Shown here: one piece after another, positions 33,602 through 44,728 of the stretch
Layout of the letters: the number at the start of each line of letters is the position of its first letter
Position numbering within the stretch: position 1 is the stretch's first letter
Assembly (NCBI GenBank): GCA_002269645.1
Contig: NIVC01004478.1
Span: 1-44,728, forward strand
Direction of reading: 5' to 3'
Origin: Macrostomum lignano
Lineage: Eukaryota
DNA: 44,728 nucleotides
Program-made: the position numbers and the translations under genes
Notes under the pieces: model-generated
Seen by the model: the letters and a program-made list of their open reading frames with translations, nothing else
Databases searched by the model: none
What the model was told of the DNA's origin: nothing

Positions 33602-34665
33602 TCTCTTATGAAGCAGAATTCTAGAATCTAGCCGGTTTTGTGGACGTGGAGTTCAAATATAGCCTACTTTATTAAATTCCATGAAGGGAACTCCAGGTCA
33701 CAAGCGTAAGTTACACGCAACTTTTCCCGCCTTCTTCCCGCTTTGCATTCCCTGAGCGTACGAGTATTCGGTAACTTTAGTCTATGGCCCAACTGGCTCA
33801 GATTCAATAAGGGTTGCAGCTTGGCCATAGACAGCAGTAAAACTCACTTCCATGCTTCCCCAGTGCTACACTCATTTCAGTATTCTTTCATCATTTGTGT
33901 CATTCCTTCCTCCATGGCTCGGAGCCGGAGCTGGAGCTGGAGCCTATGTGGCTTATTGCAGCTTGTATTTAACCTTCAACAGTCAGTGCGTTCAGTGGCC
34001 CGCAGTGCATCCTGCTCTTTCGAACAGCAATCGCATAGAACTTGCTTGCCAGTATGCGCAGCGAACTGACTAGCAAAGTACTGCACGACTGTCGTTCCGC
34101 AAGCCAGAGGCCAGCGTTCTATATAGTTATTGGGTGATGGCTGAGGAACTGGGTGTGGGCCTGCGTTCCGTCCCTGGGTGTGCGCCTCACCCCCCCCCCC
34201 CCCCCCAGCTGTCGTCCAAAGCGCTGCCTATCCCTTTGTAGCCGGGAATTTCTGGAAAAAGAACCCGAACACCCTCCGCTAAAAGTGGGGGAACGCAGGG
34301 TGAAATAAGGTGGAAGGATGGAGCTTCCAGCTGCCCTTTCTGCCAGTCAATGCAGAGATTTTCGACCTAGGGCTGGGGGAACATCAGCTGGGCGACGTGA
34401 TGCAAAGTTCTTCGCGGTCCATCCCCAGCCTCCCCTTCCTACATCATCGATCCGCTTTCCAAATTTCCGTTGCCTTCCGGTCCCGCACCCTCAAAGCGGC
34501 TGAACCCAGCCAGGGCTCGAGTCCCAACCAGAATCGGCAAGCTTCTGCGGAGTTCTCTCCTTTACCTGTTGAACGCAGGGTTCAGCGTTTCGTACAAGAC
34601 GCTTGATCAGCGGTGACTCAGCTTGCTTTGTCAGCGAGCCTCGGGCAGCTGCAGAATCTGCAACA

Positions 34666-37600
34666 ATGAGGCATCAACTGCGCAGCATCCTGATAATTCT
34701 CATGATGCTGCTACCCACAGCTGTTCTTTCAGTTGGTGAGGCCGCTGAAAACCAATTGTCTTCCTTAGAAGTCTCTCCTGCTGCTGTGACTGCTTCTCAG
34801 CTCTCTTACCCGCCAGCTCTCCGCCCCTGTTCCCTCTGCTGATCTCCGAGTTCCACCATTTGATCTTGTCATTAAAGCCAAATCTAATTCCTGAGATTTG
34901 CCGCATGTAGCTCGAAGATAATCGATAGCAGCATCAAGCACCGTTTAAATGCAGCCACCTCCATCTCATCGCAGCCGTGGAGCCGCCGACCCAAACCCGC
35001 GTCCGCCGCCAGGCCGGTTCCGTAGTGGCCGGTCCAGCCGGCCCGCCAGGACCTCGAGGTGACCCCGGGCCGCCAGGCCAGCCAGGACCTGCCGGACGGC
35101 CTGGTCAGCCGGGCAGCCCCGGGCCGCACGGGCTACCGGGCGACAAGGGCGACACCGGACCTCCGGGGGAGAAGGGCGACGTGGGGCCTCAGGGCGACGC
35201 CGGGCCGCGCGGTCCAAAAGGCGACAGGGGCCGCGACGGCGACAAAGGATTCAGCGGCTCGCCGGGATCGCGGGGTCCAGAGGGGCCAGCGGGAGAGAAG
35301 GGCGAGAAGGGATTCAAGTAAGTCGCCCAATACTTCTACTTTCTTGAAAGGGTTTTGGCGAGATAATCGGGGCCAGAAGTCTCTACTTCCATTTATGAGT
35401 CAGTAGCGAAACTTCGATGGTTCCAATTAAAACACATGCTGATGCGAATTCTTAATCCTATGCTGAGCCTTGGGTGACACAAAAGTGTCAAGCAGTTTTG
35501 CCTGCATGGGCTCAATTGAATCTCTCGTTCGATCGGTCTTTTCGGCGCTAATTCCGATGTATTCCACTACTCTACACTATTACTTCACTAATAGCTATAT
35601 AACCCTAAAACTTCCCTTTACCCCAGAGGTGAAATCGGAAATCCGGGTTCAGGCGGCCCCGACGGCGCTCCGGGCGAGCGCGGTTTGCGCGGCGCCCCGG
35701 GTGATCCTGGCGCCAAGGGTCAGTTGGGCGAGCCGGGAGACGCAGGCCGGTCGGGCGACCGCGGCGCCGAGGGCCCAACAGGCCCGCCGGGCCCGCGTGG
35801 ATTTGACGGCTCACCCGGATTCCCGGGCCTGCACGGACACAAAGGCGAACCGGGTGAGACCGGCTTTCCCGGACGAGATGGACCAGCCGGTGCACCCGGA
35901 CTGCCCGGACAGCCCGGCGAGCGCGGCGTAGCGGGACAGGCCGGTGCCGCGGGCGCGGCTGGTCAAAGGGGTGACAAAGGCAGCAAAGGCAAGGTGGGGC
36001 CCGCGGGGCCGACCGGACTTGTCGGCCCGGTGGGCAGCCCGGGCGGCCCGGGCGGCCCCGGACCGCGCGGCTACCCGGGCGTGCCGGGTCCAACCGGAGG
36101 CGCGGGGGCGCCAGGCCAGCCGGGAACTCCCGGAGCCGCCGGCGCTAAAGGCGAGCGAGGAGACAAAGGCGACAAGGGCTCTAAGGTTCGAAAATGCTTT
36201 TCAGTGTCGATGATTTACAATAGCCCCGGGGGTTCCTGAAATTCAACTTTGCAGACAACCTACGTCACAGCATTCTCAGACCATCCACAGTCACAGAACT
36301 TACTGGTAAAACATGGCTATCCAGCATCTCCGACCGCATTATTCCGCCCAGGGTCGGGACGGTTCGTCGGGCGCGCGTGGGTCCCGCGGCGATGACGGCC
36401 CGCCAGGCATTTCCGGCCAGCCCGGCCTTCGAGGTCCCGACGGCTCCGCCGGCATCCGCGGTGCACCCGGGGCAACTGGACCGAAGGGCGAGCGTGGCTC
36501 CCCGGGCCGTTCGGCAAGCCGGGCTCTGAGGGTCTCCCTGGCTCCATGGGGCCACCGGGACTGGCCGGTGAGCCGGGGACGGACGGCGCTCCCGGGCCAC
36601 AGGGCGAGCGCGGCGAGCAGGGCGTCGAAGGCAAGCCAGGCGAGCGTGGCAGTCCCGGCCTGCAGGGGCCGCAGGGTCCGCAAGGTCAGACCGGACCGGA
36701 AGGCGTATCGGGCGAGACCGGAGCTGTGGGCAGGCCAGGCGAGCCGGGAAAGCAGGGAGCTGCGGGCTCCCCCGGCGAGTCCGGACCACCCGGACCTCAC
36801 GGGCCGAACGGGCCGCCTGGGCCCGCAGGCAAGCGCGGCGATCCGGGCCCACCAGGTCCGGAGGGCCGGCCCGGCCTGACGGGGCCCGCTGGACCGATGG
36901 GCGGCCGCGGAGTGGCGGGTCCGGCGGGATCGCAGGGGCCGCAGGGACTGGCTGGCGACCCCGGGCCGAAGGGCGAGCAAGGAATCGCAGGTGGCCTCGG
37001 ACCGAAGGGCGAGCAGGGCGACAAAGGGCCTGCAGGAGCGACCGGACAGCAGGGCGACAAGGGAGACCAAGGACCGCCCGGAAGCACCGGGGCTGAGGGC
37101 AAGGAGGGAGCGCCTGGCAGAACGGTGCGTCGTCGCATGTCGTGGGCCTCTTGATTTGAAATGGAGATGTGCGCTCTGCTAAAGAATGTGTTTGAAAGTG
37201 GCAAGGAAAACCGGGAAAAATAGAAATAGGGACTGTTGAGTCAGATAAGACAGATACGACTGACGTGCCGGGCTGAGAAAGTGACCAGGGCCCGATTCCG
37301 GTTGCAGGGGCCTACCGGACCTGTCGGACTTCCCGGAGCCAAGGGCTCTCCTGGCGCTGCAGGTGAACGAGGCGACAAGGGCATCAAAGGAGCGCAAGGC
37401 GAAGACGGCGAGAAGGCGAGTGCTAATTTTTTGTTAATCTGGTTAAAACAACTTCTTGCATTAAAGTGCAAATTTTCGCAATGAATATCGCACGAATGGA
37501 GCAAATAACCGCAACTCTAGTAGACTACTAAATAACCACCAACAAAACAGGGAGATCGCGGCACTCCAGGCCAGGACTTCCGGGTACCCTCGACCACGCG

Positions 37601-40600
37601 GTTCCGCCGTCAGGCCACAGGGCAGGCCCTCCACCTCGTGGGCCACCAGGCGACCCGGGACCCCGAGGACCACCAGGCCGCGACGGCAAAGATGGAGCCC
37701 GTGGCAAGGACGGCGAGCCGGGACCACCAGGTCAGCCGGGGCCGCAGGGCCCGGACGGCTCTCAGGGCCCGATGGGCCTCAAGGGCGAGCCGGGAGACCC
37801 CGGCACCGGAGGAGACGCGGGACCTGACGGAGCGACTGGCAGCCCCGGTAGCCCCGGAGCGCAAGGCGAACGTGGACCGCAAGGCGCCAAGGGAAAGCCC
37901 GGCAAAGACGGCGCCCCCGGTCTCGCTGGCGCGGCTGGTGAACGCGGCCCAGTTGGTGAGCGAGGCTTCCCCGGTGCGGCAGGCAGCCCCGGCTCGCCAG
38001 GCCGCCAAGGGCCACCGGGCAAGCAGGGCGCCGTGGGCGAGCCCGGATCGAAAGGCCGCGATGGAGCCACGGGGCCGCGGGGTGACCAGGGCGAGCGCGG
38101 CACGCCGGGACCAAAAGGCGATCCGGGCAAGGCGGGCGACACCGGCGCCCCCGGACCGGTCGGTCTCATGGGCCGCCGAGGCACCACTGGCAGCCCTGGC
38201 GAGCCCGGGCCGCAGGGCACCAAGGGCGAGGCGGGTCCCGTGGGCGAACGCGGCCAACCCGGCGGAAACGGCGACAGTGGTGCAAAGGGCGAGAAGGGCG
38301 AGCCGGTGAGGCGATAGAAACGTTTTACTCTCCCAGCACCAGACAGACTCAGCAAACCGAACTGCAATCCAATTGCAGGGTCCACAAGGCCAAGCTGGAC
38401 TGCGGGGCTACCAGGGCCTGACCGGCGATCGTGGCCTCCAAGGAGTTTCGGGCGACAAGGGCGACAAGGGACCCGAGGGTCCTGATGGTCCTCCAGGCAG
38501 CCAGGGTCCGACAGGACAGCTGGGATCGCCCGGGCCTGCGGGCGCGCCGGGAGAGAAAGGCCAGGCGGGACACGAGGGCCTGCCGGGCCAGCTGGGCGAC
38601 AAGGGGCCGGACGGGCCGAAGGGAGAAAAGGGCGACCAGGGTGCCATAGGCCAGCAGGGACCGAAGGGCAGCGCCGGCGACAAGGGCGACCCGGGAGCGA
38701 CGGGGTTCCCCGGCCCGGCGGGAGTGGCCGGCATCAAGGGCCACAAGGGAGAGCAGGGACCTCGTGGAAAACGCGGCGACCCCGGCGCCACGGGGCCGGC
38801 TGGCAATGCGGGACCGACGGGTCCTGTGGGGCCGCCGGTCCGCCAGGGTACCCAGGCAGCCCAGGACCGGCCGGAGAGCGTGGCGAGACTGGCTTTCTGG
38901 GCGCGGCTGGTGAAGTGGGACCGCCTGGGCCGCCAGGACCCATCCGGGTGGTCCAGGTGGGCGGTGGAGGCCAGATGGCAGCGGACCAGGCACCCGACGC
39001 GCGATTCGGAAGCGAGGTGAGTTTGGAGGCCTTGGCCCTGCGCGGGTTACTGAAGCCATCCCGATGAGGTGTCGCCAGTTTGGCATGCCACTCTACGCGG
39101 GCTTTACGGTGCGGTGCGTCCATCCAGCTTCCGACCACATCCACCCCTGACCCCATCAGCCACTGACCCCATCCACCCCTGACCCCATCCACCCCTGTCA
39201 TCCCCATCAGCCCCTGACCCCATCAGCCGCTGACCCCATCAGTCGCTGACCCCATGCATTTGGCCGACCCCATCAGCCGCTGAGCATGCATTCGGCCCTC
39301 ATCTGTCCATCCATCCGGCCTATCCACTCGCCTGGCCCTTAATCTCTACCACCCATCCTCCCGCCTCTCACCCATCCTCCAATCCACTCGTTCAACCCCG
39401 CAGGCAATCGGGGAACCGGATGGAAGCCGAGGGAAGCCCGCACTCACCTGCCGGCACCTGTTCGAGAGCCAGCCCAGCCTTCCAGACGGTGAGCCGGTGC
39501 CAAAAACATTTGATGACTATCCAATATCTACTAGAAAGTAAGTCAGACCAGCTAGATAGTCAGGTCAGAACAGCTAGATAGTCAGGTCAGACCAGCTAGA
39601 TATTCAGGTCAGACCAGCTAGATAGTCAGGTCAGACCAGCTAGATAGTCAGGTCAGACCAGCTAGATATTCAGGTCAGACCAGCTAGATATTCAGACCAG
39701 CCAGAGACCAGCTAGATAGTCAGGTCAGACCAGCTAGATAGTTAGGTTGAAGAGTTTAAGAGTGGTGATCAGTCACTCAAAAACTCCCACTTCTAGACAC
39801 TGGGGAACAAGTGCCTAGGTATTTACCAGTTCAAATAACTTACTGCGGCGGATCCTCTTGTGGTTGGTAGACTTCTGGTTCTTGTGGTGTGTGTGACTCT
39901 AACTTGGCTGAGCAGTAGTGACGGCCGATTTGGAGTAGTCTTCTTGAGTCCTTGACTTTTATCTGTGGGTCGACCAAACGAGAGCGAATCAGAACTTCTT
40001 AACGGTCCTCGAGCTCGGAATTCACAATAGAACGTGCACGTGCGCCCTTATGAACAATTTAATTCTCTAACTGTCTGTGATAGGTCCTCCTGAAGGGCGT
40101 CTTCTTCGTTACGTCCGAAACGTAACGGATAACTCAATTAACTCAATAAATAAATCTTCTAGGAATATCCTAGGAAACAAGGAGGCCTTTCTCAAATGTA
40201 TCGACAATGAACTGCTCTCGTATAACTCAATTATCCAACTTATTAGCGCTAGTAACAAATAACTAAATCGGGTAAACGCTTACCAATTGGACAGGTGTGG
40301 TCCCTCAGAGATTGGTCTTCTTGTTTCTTCAGAGTCTTCTTAGAGACCGCTCTGAGTCTGAATTTTTACTCAAATTTTCACTTATATTTATAGCAAAATT
40401 TTGGAGAAAAACCGGTTTGGGATTGGGTATTTACTTAGGTCAAAAATGTTTGATTAAGCTGTCATGCATGTTTGAGCATTACCATATATGGGGTTAAGCA
40501 AATACAGCTGTTGGAACCCGGTTCCTTGATCAAACAATGTAGGGTTCTAAATCATTCTGTTTGCGCGTGATTCCTAAAAATAGATATGACTCATTCTAGA

Positions 40601-41996
40601 ATAAATTGACTTTGCTAGAATATTACTTTAAGTAGAGCATTACGGTATGGTTTAATAACTCTCTACAAGGTCAGACCAGCTAGATAGTCAGGTCAGACCA
40701 GCTAGATAGTCAGGTCAGACCAGCTAGATATTCAGGTCAGACCAGCTAGATAGTCAGGTCAGACCAGCTAGATAGTCAGGTCAGACCAGCTAGATAGTCA
40801 GGTCAGGCCTCCAAACGCTCCGCAGGCACCTACTGGATCGACCCTAACGGAGGTCGAGTATCGGATGCTGTCCGGGCGCGCTGCGTGCGCTCTCGCAAGC
40901 AGACTTGCGTTTCGGCCAGGCCGGTGTCCGGGCGGCGGCAGTGGCTGGCCAGGCGCACCGATCGGCACAGCTGGTTCTCCGATACCAACAAAGAGGTGGG
41001 TGTCGGGCTCGACTTTTATTTTAAACTGTGCTTTCGAGATTATGAGATTTGTAGAATGAGCAATGAGTTATTTATTGTCTAAAAATCCTTATTTTTGCAT
41101 ACCTATTTCTATCCAACATTTAAGCCCAAATATATAATTACTCGTATATAACTAACGTTTTTAGTTGGGCTATAAGTCGAGTTGGCTAAGCATATACCGG
41201 ATACCCCCACGCTAAGAGCCCCGGCCCCACACTGCTCACAATCGAGAGCCTCTGCCCCACACTGCTCACAACCGAGAGCCTCTGCCCCACACTGATCACA
41301 ATCGAGAGCCTCTGCCCCACACGGCTCACAATCGAGAGCCTCTGCCCCACACTGATCACAATCGAGAGCTCGGGCCCCACACTGATCACAATCGAGAGCT
41401 CGGGCCCCACACTGCTCACAATCGAGAGCCCCGGCCCCACACTGCTCACAATCGAGAGCCTCTGCACCACACTGCTCACAATCGAGAGCCTCTGCCCCAC
41501 ACTGATCACAATCGAGAACTCGGGCCCCACACTGATCACAATCGAGAACTCGGGCCCCACACTGATCACAATCGAGAGCTCGGCCCCACACTGATCACAA
41601 TCGAGAGCTCGGGCCCCACACTGCTCACAATCGAGAGCTCCCGGCCCCGCCGCTCCGCAGTTCGGCTACTCGGTGGAGGGCAGCCAGTTGCAGGCGCTGC
41701 AGCTGTGGTCGGTGCGCGCCAGTCAGCAGCTGACGATCACCTGCAGCGGAATGCCGGTGGTTTCAGGCGTGGCCAACCCCGTCCGCTTCTTCACGGACTC
41801 GGGGCGGGTGCTGAGCCGCTTTAACAGAAAGCTGGGCTACTCGGTGGTGCAGGACGACTGCCGCTACGGCAAGAGCAGCTGGGCGGAGACCACCGTGGCC
41901 TTCAACACGCGACCGGCGCGACTGCCCATCCGCGACCTCGGCCTTGTCAGCGCCTCCGAATTCGGCATCGAGCTGGGCGACGCCTGCTTTTACTAA
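34666..41996 (+). CDS. Fibrillar collagen alpha chain with C-terminal COLFI; 10 exons (34666-34735, 34975-35317, 35627-36185, 36352-37124, 37308-37415, 37551-38305, 38379-39016, 39404-39488, 40826-40995, 41661-41996); three apparent -1 frameshifts in this sequence
   Basis: Signal peptide, RVRR site, about 339 Gly-X-Y triplets by hand count, then COLFI motifs [46 protein letters not shown]. Confidence 0.9.
39130..39275. repeat. Short degenerate repeat (ctgaccccatc...), collagen intron 7
   Basis: About 7 imperfect units. Confidence 0.7.
39543..40806. repeat. 22-bp minisatellite (gtcagaccagctagatagtcag), collagen intron 8, interrupted at 39748-40667
   Basis: The same unit occurs on both sides of a unique insert. 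Confidence 0.9.
39748..40667. mobile_element. Probable solo LTR, 920 bp
   Basis: Insert starts TG(AAGAG) and ends (CTCTA)CA, flanked by a 4-bp AGGT duplication (39744-39747, 40668-40671) from the array unit. No long ORF. Confidence 0.65.
41219..41645. repeat. 30-bp minisatellite (gagagcctctgccccacactgctcacaatc), about 14 copies, collagen intron 9
   Basis: Tandem copies ending about 15 nt before the acceptor. Confidence 0.95.
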
Positions 41997-42246
41997 GGGG
42001 CGCCAGACCCGCACAGACTTCTTATGAGCATGTGTTGCGACTAGTAATCAAATAGAATTTATCATGACTCCAAGTTTTTTCACTGTTTATTGTAGCAGTT
42101 TTAATCACAAGGCATTGGTCTACATAACAAAGTATATATACGATTAAATCTAGGTCTTATCAATTATTAAACTACCATCTGCCATAGTTGTCAAAACTAC
42201 CTGTTTTCCTGGATTGATTCTAGTGGGACAAGCAAAACTTATTGGT

Positions 42247-44321
42247 TGCTCCTCGCTGCACTAATGACGGGTGCTCCTCGCTGCACTAATGACGGGTGCT
42301 CCTCGCTGCACTAATGACGGGTGCTCCTCGCTGCACTAATTATGACGGGTGCTCCTCGCTGCACTATTGACGGGTGCTCCTCGCTGCACTAATTATGACG
42401 GGTGCTCCTCGCTGCACTAATTATGACGGGTGCTCCTCGCTGCACTAATGACGGGTGCTCCTCGCTGCACTAATGACGGGTGCTCCTCGCTGCACTAATG
42501 ACGGGTGCTCCTCGCTGCACTAATTATGACGGGTGCTCCTCGCTGCACTAATTATGACGGGTGCTCCTCGCTGCACTAATGACGGGTGCTCCTCGCTGCA
42601 CTAATGACGGGTGCTCCTCGCTGCACTAATGACGGGTGCTCCTCGCTGCACTAATGACGGGTGCTCCTCACTGCACTAATGACGGGTGCTCCTCGCTGCA
42701 CTAATTATGACGGGTGCTCCTCGCTGCACTAATGACGGGTGCTCCTCGCTGCACTAATGACGGGTGCTCCTCGCTGCACTAATGACGGGTGCTCCTCGCT
42801 GCACTAATGACGGGTGCTCCTCGCTGCACTAATGACGGGTGCTCCTCGCTGCACTAATTATGACGGGTGCTCCTCGCTGCACTAATGACGGGTGCTCCTC
42901 GCTGCACTAATGACGGGTGCTCCTCGCTGCACTAATGACGGGTGCTCCTCGCTGCACTAATGACGGGTGCTCCTCGCTGCACTAATGACGGGTGCTCCTC
43001 GCTGCACTAATGACGGGTGCTCCTCGCTGCACTAATGACGGGTGCTCCTCGCTGCACTAATGACGGGTGCTCCTCGCTGCACTAATGACGGGTGCTCCTC
43101 GCTGCACTAATGACGGGTGCTCCTCGCTGCACTAATTATGACGGGTGATCCTCGCTGCACTAATGACGGGTGCTCCTCGCTGCACTAATTATGACGGGTG
43201 ATCCTCGCTGCACTAATGACGGGTGCTCCTCGCTGCACTAATTATGACGGTGATCCTCGCTGCACTAATGACGGGTGCTCCTCGCTGCACTAATTATGAC
43301 GGGTGATCCTCGCTGCACTAATGACGGGTGCTCCTCGCTGCACTAATTATGACGGGTGCTCCTCGCTGCACTAATGACGGGTGCTCCTCGCTGCACTAAT
43401 GACGGGTGCTCCTCACTGCACAGGCAGAAGCAGCTTTATTAAAATTTGAGAATTCCGCAAAGCTTTACGCTCGTAATGGCAGAAAACCATTTTCAGTTTG
43501 AGTTGGATTTACGTAAAAAGCGCATCGATGGATCACTACTGGATTGATGAAATATTGCTTAAGCATAACTTTGTCTTTGCTTGAAAATCAATGGAGCCTT
43601 AATTTGTTGTTCTGAACAAAATGACGGGTGCTCCTCGCTGCACTAATGACGGGTGCTCCTCGCTGCACTAATGACGGGTGCTCCTCGCTGCACTAATGAC
43701 GGGTGCTCCTCGCTGCACTAATGACGGGTGCTCCTCGCTGCACTAATTATGACGGGTGCTCCTCGCTGCACTAATGACGGGTGCTCCTCGCTGCACTAAT
43801 TATGACGGGTGCTCCTCGCTGCACTAATGACGGGTGCTCCTCGCTGCACTAATTATGACGGGTGCTCCTCGCTGCACTAATGACGGGTGCTCCTCGCTGC
43901 ACTAATTATAGACGGGTGCTCCTCGCTGCACTAATGACGGGTGCTCCTCGCTGCACTAATGACGGGTGCTCCTCGCTGCACTAATGACGGGTGCTCCTCG
44001 CTGCACTAATTATGACGGGTGCTCCTCGCTGCACTAATGACGGGTGCTCCTCGCTGCACTAATGACGGGTGCTCCTCGCTGCACTAATGACGGGTGCTCC
44101 TCGCTGCACTAATGACGGGTGCTCCTCGCTGCACTAATGACGGGTGCTCCTCGCTGCACTAATTATGACGGGTGCTCCTCGCTGCACTAATGACGGGTGC
44201 TCCTCGCTGCACTAATGACGGGTGCTCCTCGCTGCACTAATGACGGGTGCTCCTCGCTGCACTAATGACGGGTGCTCCTCGCTGCACTAATGACGGGTGC
44301 TCCTCGCTGCACTAATGACGG
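42247..44321. repeat. 25/28-bp minisatellite (atgacgggtgctcctcgctgcacta[att]), interrupted by 200 bp of unique sequence at 43421-43620
   Basis: Tandem copies downstream of the collagen stop. Confidence 0.95.
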
Positions 44322-44620
44322 CCATTCGGACTCAATACAGCGACAGCACAACCCTGTGTTTGTCAGGTACGAGTTCCGGCACTGCACGCAGCAAACTGGC
44401 GAGTCACTGAACGCCTGGACCCAGCGCCACGTCAGCAGCAGCGAGGGGTGCGAAGTTCGGTCGCAGCGCGACTTGCTCATCCGAGACCAAATAGTGGCCG
44501 GCTGCAGATCCGCCAGCTCCGGCGGACACTCCTGCAAAACTCGCAACATCAGCCTCGAGGACGCACTGCAGCAAGCAAGAGCCTTCGAGGCGGCGAACTT
44601 CAGTCAGCAGCCATCGAAGC
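44322..44620 (+). pseudogene. Ty3/Gypsy gag fragment, decayed
   Basis: NPVFVRYEFRHCTQQTGES...CEVRSQRDLLIRDQIVAG...LEDALQQARAFEAA fits the retrotransposon gag pattern. The expected RQLRRTLLQ segment lies in another frame, implying compensating frameshifts. Confidence 0.72.
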
Positions 44621-44633
44621 GCGGAACAACGAG

Positions 44634-44728
44634 ACGATAAACTCGATCTAGCGAAAGCGCCACGGCCAGGAGCCTCAACGATAAACTCGATCCAGCGAAA
44701 GCGCCACGGCCAGGAGCCTCAACGATAA
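44634..44728. repeat. 44-bp tandem repeat running off the window end
   Basis: acgataaactcgatc(t/c)agcgaaagcgccacggccaggagcctca, 2 copies plus the start of a third. Confidence 0.85.

Noticed and set aside
34884-39207. Many antisense and off-frame ORFs over the collagen
   Set aside because: Expected from GC-rich Gly-X-Y codons, which lack stops in other frames.
41109-41591. CxxC-repeat ORF (LDCDQCGA) resembling a zinc-finger or metallothionein
   Set aside because: It is the antisense reading of the 30-bp intronic array, whose unit length is a multiple of 3.

Overview
Eukaryotic (metazoan) genomic DNA with GC-rich exons, spliceosomal introns and many minisatellites. The style resembles a flatworm genome such as Macrostomum, but that is an impression and is not verified. 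Five spliced host genes were reconstructed by hand: PRXL2C/AAED1-like (-), an ENPP4/5/6-like type I membrane protein (+), a tyrosylprotein sulfotransferase (+), a divergent V-ATPase subunit a (-) and a fibrillar collagen with a COLFI domain (+). Almost every large intron holds its own tandem array. The 12 kb third TPST intron is a 110-unit 49-bp array with a complete 6.6 kb EnSpm/CMC DNA transposon inserted in it (CACTG...CAGTG ends, TA TSD, transposase plus accessory ORF, and a nested LINE remnant). A probable solo LTR sits in a collagen intron array, and a Gypsy gag remnant lies at the right end. The most interesting leads are: an ENPP that appears to have lost most Zn ligands but gained a His/Met-rich N-terminus; the two-gene EnSpm element; arrays that copy splice donors; and a collagen lacking an N-propeptide and the interchain cysteines. 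All coordinates and alignments were read by eye, and no searches were run.
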